A stretch of 64,000 bases of DNA from Azolla caroliniana. Taxonomy: Eukaryota; Plantae; Polypodiophyta. Both the position numbers and the translations under genes were made by a program. Below the pieces are notes generated by a model. The model saw nothing but the letters and a program-made list of their open reading frames with translations. It was not told the DNA's origin and did no database searches. This document shows, in pieces, positions 30,587 to 44,500 of this stretch. The DNA lies in assembly GCA_043228905.1 (NCBI GenBank), contig JBHGNT010000016.1, positions 744,001 through 808,000 of the forward strand, written 5' to 3'. Numbering within the stretch: position 1 is the stretch's first letter; each line of letters opens with the position of its first letter.

Positions 30587-31164
30587 AGTCTTATAATGTA
30601 ATGTGATTTAAGGAATTTTATTCCTTTTTCATTTAAGACAAAATTGGCGACCCCCCTTCCTTTTTTCCTATAAAAGGAGGTCGAGGGGGGCTCATTCGAG
30701 AGGACGTTTTGGGAGGATGAGACTATCGCCAATTTTCCTTCGAAGCTCTTCATCTTCTTATTCACCACTTCTCTTCATCTCATACCCCTTCATCCCCTCA
30801 TCGCCACGTTCTCGTCTTCTTCGCGTCGGCACTCGAAGTGCTCGTGAGCCCAAACTTTGTTGGTTCGACGTTGCTCCGCCCCGTTCGTCGTTGCGAGCCT
30901 GTGTGTTCGCCGTTCGGGTGGTCGTGGTTTGTTGGCATTGGCATTTTGGTGGTGCTCGTGTGTTCATCTTCGTCGTGTTCGGATTTGCTTTTGTCTCTAA
31001 GGGCATTTAATATTTATGTTTTGATTGAGTTTGTGGTTAACTATAAGTTGCCATTGTAAACAAAACCCTATTTTATAAAGGGTCCTCTTACGTTGGAATC
31101 GAACACGTATTTGTCTCTTTAGTCGATATCATTCGTGTTTCTTTTTCTCCTTCTTTCTTTATTC

Positions 31165-31990
31165 GTGTCTTCCTTGTATGTTTGGCCGTCTTGTACCGAG
31201 GGAGTGTTTCGAGCGTGCCCATGCACTTCTCCTCATAAAGACGTACGAGCATTTGTGCGTGTGTTTGTGTCTTCCGTGTACGTTCGATCGTCTTGTGACG
31301 AGGGACCGTTTCGGGCTTCCCCATGCACCTCTCCTCCTCATAAAGGTGTACGAGCATTTGTGTGTGTCTGTGTCTTTCTTGTACGTTCGGCCGTCTTGTG
31401 ACGAGGGACCGTTCGGGCTTGCCCATGCACCTCTCCTCCTCATAAAGGCGTACGAGCATTTGTGTGTGTCTATGTCTTTCTTGTACGTTCGGCCGTCTTG
31501 TGATGAGGGACCGTTCGGGCTTGCCCATGCACCTCTCCTCCTCATAAAGGCGTACGAGCATTTCTGTGTGTGTTTGTGTCTTCCTTGTACGTTCGGTCGT
31601 CTTGTGACAAGGGACCGTTTCGGGCGTGCCCATGCACCTCTCCTCCTCATAAAGACATACGAGCATTTGTGTGTATGTTTGTGTCTTTCTTGTACATTCG
31701 GCCATCTTGTGACGAGGGACCGTTTCGGGCTTGCCCATGCACCTCTCCTCCTCATAAACACGTACGAGCATTTTGTGTGTGTGTTTGTGTCTTCTTTGTA
31801 CGTTCAGTCATCTCGTGACGAGGGGGCGTTTCGGGCGTGCCCATGCATCTCTTCTCCTCATAAAGGCGTACGAGCATTTGTGCATGTATTTTGTGTCTTC
31901 CTCGTACGTTCGACGTCTTGTGACGAGGGAGCGTTCGGGCGTGCCCATGCACCTCTCCTCGTCATAAAGACGTACGAACATTCATGTTTG
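31165..31990. repeat. Tandem array, about 102-106 bp x8, inside the element A 3' LTR
   Basis: The CATAAAG/CATAAAC anchor recurs at 31234, 31339, 31441, 31543, 31648, 31753, 31859 and 31963. Confidence 0.92.
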
Positions 31991-34941
31991 TGTTATCGTG
32001 CCCTTGTGCGTTCATGTTGCGTGCTCATCTTACTTGTACCCGTTTGGTCACTTGGCTCGTGCGGTGATCTCGAAAGGTCGACGAGTCGTGATCAACGAGA
32101 GCCACCGGCCTCACAAAACAAAGGGCAACGAGACCTTGCTCGGGAAGGGGTCGGGAAGTAGTATTGTCATAAAGCAAACCTCGGGTCTTCTCTATCCCTT
32201 GAGTACTCCCTAGTCCAAGACCCCCGTGGTCCCACCCAAGTAACACACGTGCGCAAAACTTCGCGACAACGTGTCTAAACCAAGTTAATGAGTGACAAAG
32301 TTTATGGTGAAAGAAGTAACTCTAAAGAGCTTAAATGAACCAACAAATAGAACTAGCTCAATTGTCAAGGGTTCATTTTTTGACGGTGGAGAAGCACTTT
32401 TCTGAAAATTGAGTGTCAAGGACAAGTGGTGACTCATGGTACAACGTATAGGGGAAAGGTGACTTATAATACACAAGATATGGAAACAAGTAATGAAGTA
32501 AAATGAAAGGAGTAATGCACTTTTGCAAAAGTCAAGTCTTGGGAGCAAGTGGCAACTCATGCTATGAGTTCCTATTTTCAGACAAGGCTCTTGAAATCTA
32601 CAAAAAGAGGAAGAGAGCTCGTTGGCGAACTCGTTGTCAAGGATGGTCATATTGGGATTGACCCCGGGCTCTATCTAAGTTCGGTTTAACACGGAGTATT
32701 GAATAATGATGGCAAATTGGAGGCCTACTACAGCAAAAGGCAACGTGGTGATCTATCGTAGTCATCATGCCGAAAATCAAGGATCTCCCTCCGGCACACT
32801 CTTGATTTTCTTATTACATCTTCGATTAGTTCTCATACCCTATGTAACAAGGTTATTCATTATAAAATATTAGTGGTGGCTTAGTCTCAATTTTTCTTAG
32901 GCTTTTCCTATAGTTGTGCAAGAATTTTTATCTTGATGTACTGTGGATGTTATATTTGATGAAAGGTTTAATTTGGAAGGTTGTAATTTGTTCCGTCTTG
33001 TTTGTATTTGAATTCCGATTCAAAACTCCTAAGATCTATTGCCGTTGTCAAGCGTACTCTAATATGATCGTAATAAAAAGGAGAAAATTATAAAGGGAGG
33101 ATTTGAGACCACATCTCCAAGAAACTCAGTGCCCGACAATTGAGCGACACTCATCCAAGAAGAGGGGACGGGAAACCTCCTAGGGTTATTCTACTTTGGC
33201 GTTCTCCGTCTATGTTGTTTGCATACGGACTTGGACGTCCACGAAAGTGTGAGGATCTTAGTTTGAGATCAACAAGTCAAATAGGGAAGTGAGTCATAGG
33301 TTTATGCTCAAGTGTATATTACGTGCAAGATTTGTCAATACACTCTACACAAGTGAGAACAAAGTGCTCTATATTCTCATATTGTATTATGTTGCACGGT
33401 ATATAAGATGAGGGATTATATGACTGGGAGGTGATGACTATTACATGTGGGACATTGACTATGCATTGAGTTCTATGCCCTCTCTCACACACACTAGGAC
33501 AATGAAAATACACTAGAGTTTGTCTTTCACCCCACACTAGCCAAGCAACCCTCTATTGGCACCATTGACAAATAGACGACGTTGTTCGAAACAAGTCTAC
33601 GAGGGATATCCACTCCTGTTCAAGATTTTGAGCAAACTACAACGACGTCATGAAGATCTCGACAAGTGTGGAAGACCCCGCTTTATTCTTCTCACCAAGC
33701 TTGGACTTCGTCAACTACTCAAAAATTGATGAGCCATGCACTTACACTGAAGCACTCAACATGTCGGATTCCGAGTTCTAACGCATGCATTACTACTCGT
33801 GAAATTTGTGATAGTGTTGTTCCACCCCTACCTCCGGGTCAACTTTTTTATGACCTTGTTTTGGACTCCAAGATTGTACGTAGCAAGCTTTATTATCTCA
33901 TGGATTGATTAGGATATACACCTAATGATGACACTTCAGATCCTGTCGAGCACCGTTACAATGCCTATGAGTTGGTAATTGAATTTAATCGCCAATATTC
34001 GGATAACATGAGTCCAACCAATGCAAAAATTGAAGCGCGGAAAAAACCGCTTCTCTATTTTGAATTTTCTTGTGTCCCACTTGCATGCATTTTTTTTGTT
34101 TGCTAATTTTGATTAGCATTTGGAATATACCTAATGAGATGAAAGAAATCATATAGACAAGCACCAATGGGATGTAGAATTTTGTCGGCTTCACAATAAC
34201 ATCAAATACATTTTTTATAACAATCGAGATGTAAGCCTATGTCATGGTGTTTATTGAGTACATCATGACCTTTACATAATCCATCAATCTATAGTGCACC
34301 AACCATCAATGACTTGCATTGTAAATAAGTGTCTATCTAAAGACATCCCATCATGGTAGGCCATCACCCTCAGCAAAGGCATCAAACTTTCGACCCATCT
34401 ACCATCAAGGCCCAAAAGTGTGTTCTTCGTTGAACTATTATTGACATCTCAAAAGAGGAGTTGAATTGGGAAATCCCTATCAAAGGTCTAATGGGTTTCG
34501 TTCGTTTGAAATCAACTTTCTAAAACATTTGACAATGATATCAAGATTCAAGGGGCTACGATCATATCAATATCTAATGTAATGATCAACGGATTGACTG
34601 TAGCTCTTTTCAAGTCTATTTGGAGCGTGATCAGGGAAAAAGGTGCATGCACCATTCACAAAATTACATGAATTAGCCACTCGGAAGTTCTTGATGTTTA
34701 TAATTTCTCCTCACATTAATTCTTAGTCATTCTAAAGAGCAGGCAAAGGGGGAATGGCCAGCGAGAGCAAATAAAAACGGTGGTGTTGCCTTTTTATAGT
34801 GGGCCATGTTCCTACCAAGACACGTATGTGGTGGGGGCCATCCATCTCTCTTATAGACAAGACAAGACATACACGCGAGTCTAAATAACCAAATGAAAAA
34901 CCCAATGCAAGCAAAAAAAAGCCAATATTTTCTTCATGAGC

Positions 34942-34943
<2 letters not shown>

Positions 34944-34988
<45 letters not shown>
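34944..34988. repeat. (GT)n microsatellite
   Basis: Perfect dinucleotide run. Confidence 0.9.
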
Positions 34989-34989
<1 letters not shown>

Positions 34990-36959
34990 AAGGGGGGCAC
35001 CTACGGTGACCTACCTATACCTGGCCGGCCGGATTCCATTGATAAATGAGGAAAAGGATTTGTTTCCTTTGAAAAAAACTAAACATGGAATGAATGGGCC
35101 GACCTCTTCCGGAAATAACTGGGAAGCAAATCGGAGAATACTACGATGATGATGACCCCCGGGCCCCCATACATAAGCCGACCTTCTTCGCAGCAGAACA
35201 ATGAATGATTCGCGCCATAGACTTTCAAATTAAATGGATATATATATATATATATGCTTATATTATGCCTATTATGCCTGTTGGCCAGACGTGCATGAGA
35301 AAAAACCAACAGAGAAAAGATTTAATGTATGTGAGCTGGGATTGACTGACTGATATGCGCGCGCACGCGCGCACATATATACACTATCGACTGCAGATCG
35401 ATCATACACGCTTACAACAACCTTAACTTTGATACTGTGCGCTCACCAAAACATACAAACATGAATGATCCAAACCGGCCGGACCTTTTGTATGTAAATC
35501 GTCGGCCCAAGCACCCACTTGCACTAGACGAGAATACGAATAACCTTTGCGTAAAATAAAAAAACATACATTTTACATATATGACCGGCTAGGGTAGGGT
35601 AGGGTAGGGTAGGGTACCCTCATTCCTCCTATGGATTGATTCATGACAGCAGAAGACAGAGATGGGATGGGGATGGGGATGGGGATGGGGATGGGGGTGG
35701 GGGATTAAATTACAGACAGACAAAAAGGCTGCCAAGCAAAGCAGGCAAGAATTGATTCGATCAGAAGCGCAATAACAACTAGCACCCACCCCATCATTCA
35801 AGAACACAGCAAAGGTAAATTAGAAACAATATGCATATGCATGGTTAAAAGTGAGTGAGAAGAGAGAGAGAGAGTGCCTTATTTCTTCGCTTGTCAGAAA
35901 TGTGATGGGACGTATAGATGGGTAGAAAGGAAGGAAGGACAAAAAACCATAAAAGCACTCCTTGAAATCACTACACAACACACAGCGCAAACAAAGAAAA
36001 AATAAACCTGTCCCTCCAATTCATTCAATGCTCCCTCCCATCCTTCCTCATCACATCTCTCTCTCTCTCTCCATAGCCACATACACACACAAACGTACAT
36101 CATTAGACCAATATTACATATCCAATCACCCCAATTACTAACTACTACTTGCAACAGCTAGCAAACTATGTACCATGCTCATTATATGCCCGCCCAGTCG
36201 AAAAGCTTCATCTGATTAGCTTAATTAATGCAGATGAATGTACCGCCAAACAGTAGTATGTATGTAGTCCATTCACTAACTATCTAGATTAACCAAGTTA
36301 GACGCCAGGATGAGAGTGAATAGCTGCAGCATCAACTACAGATGCTAACATACGCTAATAAACGTTCAATGACCCTTCCATTCCTTCACTGTGATCGACA
36401 ACATTTATTAAAAATCCGATGTACAATGCACATTGTAACCGTACGTAGGTAGGTAGAATGCACATATACAAAACTAGTTAGTTCTATGCTTGATCGACAT
36501 CACATATATCATCGGAAAACATGAAGACAAGGATTGAGAACGATTATGAATGATCAGACGGAATCCAACCCGAAAAAAGAAAGCAATGCACATCGTTATC
36601 CATAAAACACACGAGACGTAGTGTGCTTAACCGAGATCAGATACATTCTGTGAACAAATCGCAGTAATTATTATTATATTAAAATTGAGGTTCACAATAC
36701 TTTGTTGCGTCGTAAGGACATGCAATACAACACACGCACACACTATGACTGGGGTAATAATAGAAATGGTGATTACAATAGCGAGTTAAAAATAAGAAAA
36801 GAAAGGAGATGGCGGCAGGCAGAAGTCAAAATCAAGGCAGGAAAGGTGGCGGATGGGACGGGCGGTCATCTTAGCTAGCTACATACACAATGAGAGGTGG
36901 GATAAGAGGCAAGAACGAATAAAAGGGAGGATGAAGGAGGAGGCGAGAGATTGCGACTT

Positions 36960-38064
36960 CTAAACTGCGATGTTAGCCTGCCGGAAATCTACGGCCTGCT
37001 TGTATGCGGATTCGGGGGTGATGAGCGCATCATTGAACCGAAGGCGAACCTCCTCAGGAGAGTACACGAAATCCTGGACAGTGTAGGCATTGAGAAGGGA
37101 GGCTGCGCCTTCGCGAGCCAAGAAGCTGAACTCGTCTTGGTTTGGGTTGACGAGCGCCTGCATCAGCGTCATCTGCCCGCCGTACACGGACGGAGTCCTG
37201 CCTCCGAAGATGCGTGCCAGTGTGCCCAGCAGCGACAGTATGTTAGGGAAACCACTACCGTGCTTGCTCCAGTACCTGTGCTCACACACACACAACAGCC
37301 AAACAACAACAGGTATTTCAATTACGATGCGCACAAAACACAGATGACGGTCTTCGTCGTCTAAGCTCTAACATAATCTAACCTACATTATGTTAGAGAC
37401 ACTAACTTAGGACACGTCTATACATCATTATCCATTACCCGCATGTTCCTCTGCCGTAGCCGCCGCTTCCTCCGTAGGGAGAACCGCCTCCTCCGTATGG
37501 TGAGCCCCCGCCGGATGGCACAGTAGGGCTGGAGATGGGGCTGGAAATGGGCGTGAGAATGACTGGAGAGGAGATGGGAGAGACGATTATGGGAGAGGAA
37601 GAAGGTGATCCAATGCCAGCAGGCGAGCTGCCGCTGCCGCTGCCGCTACTGCTCCCACCGGAGTAAGGCGGGGAGACTGAAGGAGCGGTGGCAGGAGAGG
37701 AGGCGGTGAAGGGGGAGGAGCTACTGCCGCTCCCGCTCCCGCTCCCGGTGGAGGAGGGAGGGGTAGCGTAAGAGGAAGAGGGGGAAGGGGTGGTGGGAGC
37801 TGGGAAGGTGACAGGGGAGGAGCCGCTCCCGCTCCCGCTGGAGGATGGAGGAGGGCTGCTATAAGAGGGCGTGGTGGGAGATGGGATGTTGACGGGGGAT
37901 GACCCAGAGGAGGAAGAAGAAGGGGGTGGGGGGGATGTGGGGTAGGGCGACTGGTACACACCCAAGCTGCGCCGTGACTTCTTGGCGGAAACCGACGGAA
38001 CCGTTCCGACTGCAGACAGGAGGAGGGAGAGCAGAAGAAGCAAGCTAAACTTCCAGAACGCCAT
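36960..38064 (-). CDS. PDF1: PROTODERMAL FACTOR 1-like secreted Pro/Ser-rich protein, 313 aa
   Basis: Exons 38064-37439 and 37275-36960 (GT-AG, phase 2) total 942 nt. The protein has a signal peptide MAFWKFSLLLLLSLLL, a Pro/Ser/Gly-rich stalk and a conserved C-terminal domain GTCGYWSKH...TLMQALVN...LAREGAASLLNAY. Confidence 0.85.
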
Positions 38065-38459
38065 TGCTTTCTCTCTCTCTCTCTTCTTTCTTGTCTTGCT
38101 ACTCTGGGTCTTTCTTTCTTCCTCCCTGTCCAGGGGGAGAGATAGAATAAGAGGGAAGAGGAGGAAGGCTGGCTTCACTACGGGGTTGTTCGACGGGGAG
38201 ATTGGTTAGCCTTCCTACATACATATATATATATACATGTGTGTGTGGGTGTGGGTGTGGGGTGGGGGCGCGGGGTTTCCCACGAGACTCTGCGATGGCC
38301 ATAATATGTTGTACATATGTATACATATGTTGTGCCTGTGGCCGTCCGTGCCTGTTGTGTCCTGGACTCCTGCCTGCCTGCCTGCCTACCGGGCCCCGCC
38401 GCCTCACTCACTCTCTTACTCCTCCCTCCTCCATTTGGACCGACTGACTAACTGACCGA

Positions 38460-38495
38460 CAGGTCAGGTCAGGTCAGGTCAGGTCAGGTCAGGTC
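38460..38495. repeat. (CAGGT)n pentanucleotide repeat upstream of the PDF1-like gene
   Basis: About seven tandem CAGGT units. Confidence 0.85.
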
Positions 38496-38513
38496 TTGTG
38501 TGGCCCCGCGAAA

Positions 38514-38524
38514 TCATTTAATGC
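38514..38524 (-). promoter_or_regulatory. Candidate HD-ZIP IV (L1-box-like) site
   Basis: Minus strand GCATTAAATGA matches 10/11 of the GCATTAAATGC HD-ZIP IV consensus and lies about 450 bp upstream of the PDF1-like ATG. Confidence 0.45.
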
Positions 38525-41500
38525 TTCTTGGTAGCCAAATCGTTGTGAGCCCTTTTTTGTTTTTCTTGCACTCCAGCTAAGAAGAATAATACAATACTAA
38601 ATAAATAGTATGTCATATATATATATATATATATTATATACATATATGTATGTATGTATACGTATATACGTGTACGTGTGTGTGTGTGAGAGCGCGCGCG
38701 GGTGTATATTTATTTATATATCATACATCCTCTTTTGTCGACTACTACTGTACATATTATTATGTTCATAGGATTGAATGACCACACTCCCTCCGCTCAC
38801 GAGTACCACCGCCCAGCCAGCAAGCATCATAGCAGCGCCTAATATGTATGTATGTAGTAGTAGTGTGTAACCTTGTTATGGGCTCACCGTGCCACTCTGT
38901 CTGATCTGATGATCTTTTGTCGCCCCATGTATGTGTTCTACAAGTCGATTATTACTACTCACTCCAGAGTTCGGGGTATTGCTCACCCAATTTCCCTTTC
39001 CATGGATGAAAGCACCATAGGAATAACAAGAAAAACACCTTAGGAATTTTGTAAAAGCTTTCTACATAAATACTCTCCATTCTTTGATCCATTTATGATG
39101 GATGGGTTGCAATTGGCAAGCTCAAATGTTTAATGAGTAATGATGAATGAGGACACCTTTTTTTTCCAACATACCTTGGTAACTTTTTCAATGATATCTA
39201 TCTCATGTGAATTCCAACTACTCTCATGTTTCAAGCAATTGTAGTTTTTAGTCTCTCTCTCTCTCTTGACAATTTTCTCTTCCAGTTACATTGGGTACAT
39301 GTATTCTATAGAGGGTTCAACCATTCCAAGATGTCAAGGGCATCCATATATAACAAACTCACACAACATCACACAATTGTTAGAATGGGTATGTTGGGGT
39401 GGTTAGACGATCACTACCTTTGATGAGTATTTCACTTGGCTCACTCAATGTGTCTCATGAAACCAACCTATCAATATGTTGGTAATTATTGAGGAAGCCT
39501 AAAAACAATAGATTCATGATCCTTATTATTGATGTATAAGTTTTGTTTTAATTCGTGTGACATGAGAACTTCTTAGAGATGATCTTAGTTATCGGTGGAG
39601 CTCGATAATGATGATGCTCATGCTTCTTATTGACAGAGAGTCAAATTCAAATTGTGTCTTGTGAAAAGCATTGATGGCATGATGAAGGTCCCTTCTGCGA
39701 GTCACCCAATGAGGATAATCCATTTAGAGTTGATAAATTGCATTAGTTAGACTCTCTCTTAACTTCCATTGTCTATGTTTAAAGATGTTGAAGTTGTAAT
39801 AGAGCACTCAATAATGTGTTGGATATCCCTCAATGGGAATTAATGAACTAAATGTCGTACGATCCCATGTTCCTACGAAGATGGAAATGGTTACTCCCAT
39901 AAGGTGACTTCAATGTTTATTCACTTAATTGCCCATAAGGGTTTAACGATCTGAAAAAAATTAAAATGTTATGTTTTTGTTGTTTTGCAAAGCTTCAATG
40001 AGTGTTATTAAGATTGCTGTCTTGCTAGGATATGGCTACATGATCCTTAATATTCGAGTAGATTTTTGGGCGTGTTGATGAACTTTTCCCATTGATTTTA
40101 TAGAGGAGCATTCAAGTGAGTGTATCGTGAATAGGAAAGTATCGTAGTCGTATGGTCTGAAAGAGATTGTCTTTAAGAGAACTTGAGATAATTAGGAAAC
40201 ATTGTTGCTATAATACATGTATTTATATGAATTACATCATCGACATGCATAAAGTGCCACATTGATTGTAGGAAGTAAAAAGGATAATGAATATGGAGGA
40301 TAGGTGGATTGAAATGGAAGTTTGGAGGTTATGTCCTAACATGCTACAAACATATGGATACTATTATTTTTCCTCTGTAAATAATATGACAAGTATAACG
40401 TTCTATCCCAAAAACTTCCCCTGAAAAGAGAACACACTTTCTCCAAGTTCTTGTGAATTAGATAGATTCATTGTGCGAGGGCTTTGAGCGAGTTTGTTAG
40501 AACATTCCTAAAACAACACAACTTTGTACTTCGATCTTTTGATTTTACTTGTATGATTTCAATTGGTTGTACCTCCAATGCCATTGAGAAAACACTCATC
40601 CAATCTTCAAATCTCCCCTTTTGAAAACTCTTTTCTACACAACACAAAATTTCCCCAATCTAACTCCCTATCATTCTCTTAGTGCATCATCCTCAAGCCC
40701 CCCTTTTTCATTTGTAGTCTATTATTTCCTTTTTATGGTGTCCATGTTATATAATGTTGCACTTAATGCTCTCCCATATTATTACCTACCATGGCATCAC
40801 TTTCAGCCCCCTCCCCCACACTTTGATATATATATATATATATATATATTATAATGTTGAAAGTAGATGTATATGTTCTCTCTCTCGATAGTTCAAGGAA
40901 GACAAGTTGCCTCGTGGAACTTTTGGATTGGTCAACATTAGCAAATCTATCACATTATCTCTATTTAACGTTCATTAATGTTCATTTTTAGACCAAGCAA
41001 ACAAACTACAAAATGCATATTGTTTCAGTCTCAAATATAACTTTCGCCTCTTTAGAAACACCAAAAGTTATCCTTCCCGCTAATGCAATCCATACAGATT
41101 TCTTGAAGATTGTGTTTTCTCTTATTATTATATGCTCCATAATTCTTATTCTATTTATTTAGTCACTCTTGTGAATGACTTATATAACATGTAATGCAGT
41201 TTGGTAAGTAATGCAAAGTAGTGTTTTTTTTTTGGGGGGGGGGAAACATGTAATGCAATAAGTTCTTGGTTTTGCATGTACATTACCTTATCAATAGTAG
41301 TAATTAAAACACCTGTGAAATGTAATTCATAAGAATATAGAAGAGATACAACACCTATTGATCATTTAAACTTTCATGTGGTGTTGAAATATAAGCCCTG
41401 TATCCAATGGATCATATGCATTCTTTGGCGAAAATGCAACCACTGCACATGGATTACATAGGAAAATATTTCCATTGTCATGAAATGTGAATGGAAAGAT

Positions 41501-44500
41501 CTATCTTTGGGCCCAATCGAATATGACATGTGATAGATATATATTCTTTCACAAAAATCTCTCTATGAAAATAGAGTTACAAAATTCATAATCTTAGAGT
41601 TTTTATTAGTACATATTTGCATATGCCTTTCAAAAGTGTATTCTAATGATTGTGGCCTATCACTATGATCTTATTAATGTTTGCATATGCCTTGCAAAGT
41701 TGATTCTAATGATTGCAATGTATCAATTGTTAGTATTTTCACATATTCCATGCTATGCTGACAAATAATGAATTTTGTATGGGTCCAAGGTATGAATGAA
41801 TGATTTGGAAGATCGGATGCTATACACTTGTTTCGTGATGTTTCGATAGATTCTCTCAACAAATGAGGTTTTTTGCATTCCCCATGTATCGTGTTGTCTC
41901 GTGATAGATGAAAGGGCTTGGGCTTCACGCACTATATTATATTACATATGTTGCGCTGAAATATAAAGCCATTGTTCGTTTTGAATACGGAAATCATACT
42001 AACCCATACACAATAAAGTCCATCCTGAGTCATATTTGCTTGCTTCCCCACATTTTCCGCCCCGTGTTATCCCTACACATGTTATGTGTTGGTCACAAAT
42101 TTGCGCTCTCAATCACAACATTCATTGGTATGATTCTCGAACATTTAGAGATGCCTAAAGCTATTGGATAGGCGTGACATGTGAAGAAATAATTTGGAAG
42201 ATGGAACACCTTTAGTTGCCTTAATGATGTGTCCATCAATTCATCCATGAATGAAGCTCTTTTCAAAGGCCAATGTATCGGTAATATGTGGAGACTCATG
42301 TTCACACGTTATATTATGTGTGTTGCGCCAACCTACGTAACATCTTTATTTCCGAAATGGTAAAAACACACTCATTGATACATGATAGAATTCTTCTTTT
42401 TGTTCACTATCAACACCATTACTTCGTACAAGTAGCTCAAAAATTTCATTGATGCGAGACATGGCATTTGGGCACAAGCGAGGGAACTCATCGACTATGG
42501 ATATTTATCCTTTATCAAAATTGTGAGTTTGAGTTGCATATCACACTTCAATACAATGCTCTAACATCAATTGCATCAAGTTTGCTTTCCATGTATTGTT
42601 GATCCTATCCAATTCCTGCACACACTTCTTCCACAATCACAATGTGCACTATCGATTACATTGCTCGTTAGTGCATTTTTTTTTACATCGAGAATCAAAG
42701 TTGCTACTCAGCTCCACACATGCTACGTGAAAAAGTTTTGCTTTTGTTCCATGGGTCATGTTTGACCCTGGAGGATGATCAAATAAACTCTCCCTCTCCC
42801 TCATTTGGTTCATAATTCTCACATCATCTCCTCGATATGACTTGGGTCACACTCTCCTTAATGCAATACAAGGTGTTGTGGCTCATGTGAGAAGGTTCAT
42901 TGATGATGGATACTTTTTCCTGAAGAAGCTTGCGAACTTATCACACTCTATTGTAATGGTTTAACATTTATCACATCCAAGTGCTCATTTGTAGCTCCCA
43001 ATTGCAATGTTCTGATGGTCAAATTAGTTTAAGGTCTATAGTCACTTACCAACTACATTAATCTCTTAAGGGATTGGTTCCCCAACTTATATTTGACCTT
43101 CTGTTTGATATGATAGTCTCAATCAATGTTGATGGCACCTATCTCTATACCTATATTGCACATTTTGTTCTTGTTGGGGACTCAACATTGGAGAGAATTG
43201 TATTATACAAAGCACATACAATGCAATAAAAGGCTGCTTCTCATAATCCATAATCTCTCCCACCTCATGGAGGAACTCTTGAAAGCAATAAGTGACCCAT
43301 ACAAACACAACTATACGTGTATGTTCCCTTCTTAACATGGCCATGCTAGTGACCTCACGATGGCAAAGGTATATCATATTCTCTCTCAGTCTCTCTCTCT
43401 CTCTAATCATTTCGTTCCATTGATAATTTTTATGACGTTACAATGGATGTGCATTCGTATTAAAAAGTCTCATAAGATAATTTTGGCCTGTAAGGAATGA
43501 GCACACATTTTCCTTTTCTTTCTTTTACGCAAAGCCCTTTCCATAGACCAAATAAACACCTCTTTGAAAACCATTGTGAAAGCAACAATGTATGTGAACT
43601 CCACAAATAACTATTGACTAGGAATTCTTCTTTTCAGATAAATGACAAACGGTTTGTAGGAACACACATGCACAATATAACCTTACTCTTTATGCAAAAG
43701 CAGACAAACATTGGTGCATTTAAGTATAAGTGAGACCCTCAACCTTAGTATTCTTCTTATAAACTCCAAAGCTTGCGCCATTGGAGATGACACAACATTT
43801 GGGCATTCCATGTGATGCTAAACATTACGTTAATATGCAATATTTCAAAAAGACTGAGACGTAATAAAGGAGTAAAAATTACAAGTTATGTTGACATGTA
43901 TTAGGAAACTAGAATGTACATTATTGGAAAAAATAGTGTGATCCACAAGCCTCAACTTCCATAGAACACATAGAGGCAATCCTGAAACCAATTAGTAAAC
44001 AAATTTCCCCAATTCCAAATGTATAATAGCTTATTCTGGTAATTTCCCAAAAGAATGCCCACATTAATTTTTCCATATGCACCCAAGGAGATAGTAAGAT
44101 AGATATAGGGAGAGAGGTACAACTTGAAGCTAGCAGTAATGAGTCTACACACACTTCAATGAACGAATTGGTTTGTGTGTCTCCTAGTTATCATAATTTA
44201 TATGTTAATCTATTTAAGTTGAATCTCAATAGAGGCATGTGCAATAAATCCAGAAAAAGCTAGAAAAGACAAACCGGCTTAAATGCTTCATGACTATATT
44301 CAAATCGAATGCAATTTGAGGGCAAGAAAAAAGAAGATGACATATTATTGGAGCCATCCATGTGAATATCAATCCCTCTTTTTGGAGCTAGAGTGCATTG
44401 TGGGGTGCATCTGGTTCCCCTCCCACTGTCCTTGTTACCTATGTTTTGCACAAATTCACCAATTTCTCTTTTTAAGAGGGAAAATATTTCTAGCATTTAA

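Larger units (their letters stand above)
22225..32268 (+). mobile_element. Full-length disabled Ty3/Gypsy LTR retrotransposon (element A)
   Basis: The 5' LTR is 22225-24095 (middle replaced) and the 3' LTR is 30287-32268 (TGTCG...CGACA). A 4-bp ACGT TSD lies at 22221-22224 and 32269-32272. The PBS is at 24100-24116 and a G-rich tract precedes 30287. The gag-PR-RT-RH-IN order is Gypsy-type. Confidence 0.93.

Noticed and set aside
31165-31990. CRISPR-like array, or a protein gene from the long ORFs 31088-31771, 31159-31761 and 31178-32161
   Set aside because: Whole units repeat with no unique spacers and there are no cas genes. The ORFs are by-products of a stop-poor repeat inside an LTR.
35850-36060. 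Conserved miRNA precursor (miR529/156-like AGAAGAGAGAGAG)
   Set aside because: The match is only a GA microsatellite and I found no convincing star arm.
38065-38178. N-terminal extension of the PDF1-like ORF shown in the ORF track
   Set aside because: It uses a non-ATG start in GA-rich 5' UTR sequence; the signal peptide begins at ATG 38064.
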